A DNA stretch of 32,000 nucleotides, from NCBI RefSeq assembly GCF_002945325.1, contig NZ_CP026606.1, positions 1,140,001 through 1,172,000 of the forward strand, given 5' to 3'. This DNA comes from Methanococcus maripaludis (GTDB lineage Archaea; AGJL01; Methanococci; Methanococcales; Methanococcaceae). A program made the translations under genes and the position numbers. Positions 30,836 to 32,000 of this stretch are shown here, one piece after another (position 1 is the first letter of the stretch; the number at the start of each line of letters is the position of its first letter). The notes below the pieces were generated by a model. The model did no database searches, was not told the origin of the DNA, and saw only the letters and a program-made list of their open reading frames with translations.

Positions 30836-30849
30836 TGTCTGCACCTCCT
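30303..30849. repeat. Tandem near-identical repeat, copy 1 (inside mtrA plus its Shine-Dalgarno)
   Basis: Partner of 29567-30113. Includes about 14 bp upstream of the mtrA start codon. Confidence 0.95.
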
Positions 30850-30856
30850 ATTCAGA

Positions 30857-31183
30857 TTACAACCCTATTAGGCTTAGATTCATTTTAACAGCCAATATAG
30901 TTACAAGCACAAGAACTGCCATTGTTACCCAGAAACCAAAGAACATTCCTTGGAACATACCTGCAAGTTTGTAAGTTCCTTCCCTTCCAGCGTATGCTTT
31001 CATAGGTGTGTTTCTTGGATCAAGCGAGTTTTCTAATGCTTTTGCGTATTGTGCTAATTTGTTTATTTCGTCTTCAACAGGGTGTAAATCTACAACGAGA
31101 ATGTCTTTTCTCATTTCGGCTATTAAACCTGAGTCTACGTCCATTACTATGTGAAGTTCAGGACATACTTTGACGATATCCAT
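30857..31183 (-). CDS. mtrB: Tetrahydromethanopterin S-methyltransferase subunit B
   Basis: [43 protein letters not shown]...; C-terminal TM helix and operon position. Confidence 0.94.
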   Translation of the reverse strand: MDIVKVCPELHIVMDVDSGLIAEMRKDILVVDLHPVEDEINKLAQYAKALENSLDPRNTPMKAYAGREGTYKLAGMFQGMFFGFWVTMAVLVLVTILAVKMNLSLIGL

Positions 31184-31193
31184 CTATACCACC

Positions 31194-31982
31194 TTACTCT
31201 TTCTTAGGCAATTCTGGTACATATTTAACTTCGCAAGCGTCACCAAGTGACATTTTTACGAATGATCCGTAAGTGTATAACCAGAAGATTGCAGCTACTA
31301 CTATTGAAACTATGTCTAATTTTGCAATTGAGAATATCAACCATGCCATCAATCCACATGCAACTGCAAGAGTAATTGTTCTCTTGTGGCTTTCATCTGG
31401 GCCGATACATGCGTTGAATGGGTGTAAAATTGACATACCTGCTGCAATAAATGCCAATGCAATAACTCCGTTGTTGATTGCACCATTAATAATTAAATCA
31501 GCTGAAAATCCGCCTGCAAATGCAGTACAGAATCCTAAAATTGCTAAAGCACCCATTAATGAGAGTTTAGTCATACTTGAAACGATAATTGGTACTTTCA
31601 TTCCTACTGGATTTTGTGTTAATTTACCAACAATAAATCCAACAATTACTGCGATTACTGCAGCAAGGATTGGTGTAGCAAGTACTGGGAGTCCAAATGC
31701 TGAAGGTATTAAAACACCTGCCAATGCTGAAATTGTACCCATACCTAAACTTACCATTCCAATTGATGGAACACCTGTACCTAATCCGTAAGCGGCTACT
31801 CTTCTTGTAGTGTTTGCACCTGCAACACAAGCGCCCGCAGCTAATAACCCACCAATGAGCATAGCTAATGACGGAACAAATTGTGCAACGTACATTCCGA
31901 TGATTGATAATACAGCGCCGATAGCTAAAACCTGATCTTCAGGAAAAAGCTCTGCTGCGTGTCCTCCACCACCATGTGACAT
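31194..31982 (-). CDS. mtrC: Tetrahydromethanopterin S-methyltransferase subunit C
   Basis: [38 protein letters not shown]...; polytopic membrane protein ahead of mtrB. Confidence 0.93.
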   Translation of the reverse strand: MSHGGGGHAAELFPEDQVLAIGAVLSIIGMYVAQFVPSLAMLIGGLLAAGACVAGANTTRRVAAYGLGTGVPSIGMVSLGMGTISALAGVLIPSAFGLPVLATPILAAVIAVIVGFIVGKLTQNPVGMKVPIIVSSMTKLSLMGALAILGFCTAFAGGFSADLIINGAINNGVIALAFIAAGMSILHPFNACIGPDESHKRTITLAVACGLMAWLIFSIAKLDIVSIVVAAIFWLYTYGSFVKMSLGDACEVKYVPELPKKE

Positions 31983-32000
31983 AATTACACCTCAAATATT

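Noticed and set aside
29513-30974. Plus-strand ORFs 29513-29722, 29939-30124, 29995-30198 and 30675-30974, some repeated identically
   Set aside because: They lie opposite mtrA and the mtrA'-mtrF fusion; their duplication simply reflects the tandem repeat. No Shine-Dalgarno or family signal.
31273-31830. 172-aa plus-strand ORF and 68-aa minus-strand alternate frame over mtrC
   Set aside because: Shadow frames of mtrC, which has a convincing membrane-protein sequence and operon context.

Overview
This is a 32 kb window of low-GC archaeal core genome. Protein content and the Mtr operon point to Methanococcus, probably close to M. maripaludis (inference, not searched). It is almost fully packed with housekeeping genes and shows no CRISPR array, IS element, prophage, tRNA or rRNA that I can support. 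Recognisable content: 3' end of a RimK-like ATP-grasp ligase, TrkA-type protein, DUF483-like protein, PgpA/CobZ-like protein, SpoIIM-like membrane protein, archaeosine synthase ArcS, methanogenesis marker 11, TrpS, CbiG, a PP-loop ATPase, CarA, SerA, an EamA-type transporter, a polyamine cluster (SpeB, SpeE, SpeD, PdaD), a DNA2/NAM7-type helicase, a dihydropteroate-synthase-like protein, ribosomal protein S15, NadM, Elp3, BioW-BioF-BioD, a TatD nuclease, and the Na+-translocating methyltransferase operon mtrC-B-A-(A'F)-G-H. The strongest unusual signals are: (1) a 547-bp tandem near-perfect duplication (1 silent mismatch, period 736 bp) that fuses a complete MtrA corrinoid domain in frame to MtrF, with an internal Shine-Dalgarno and ATG retained for stand-alone MtrF; (2) a bioD gene whose Walker A coding sequence is intact but has no usable start codon, because an in-frame TAA lies directly upstream, and removing one A restores a clean start; (3) an untracked 51-aa small membrane-protein ORF at 22281..22436. 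I see no evidence for a wholly new defence or mobile system.
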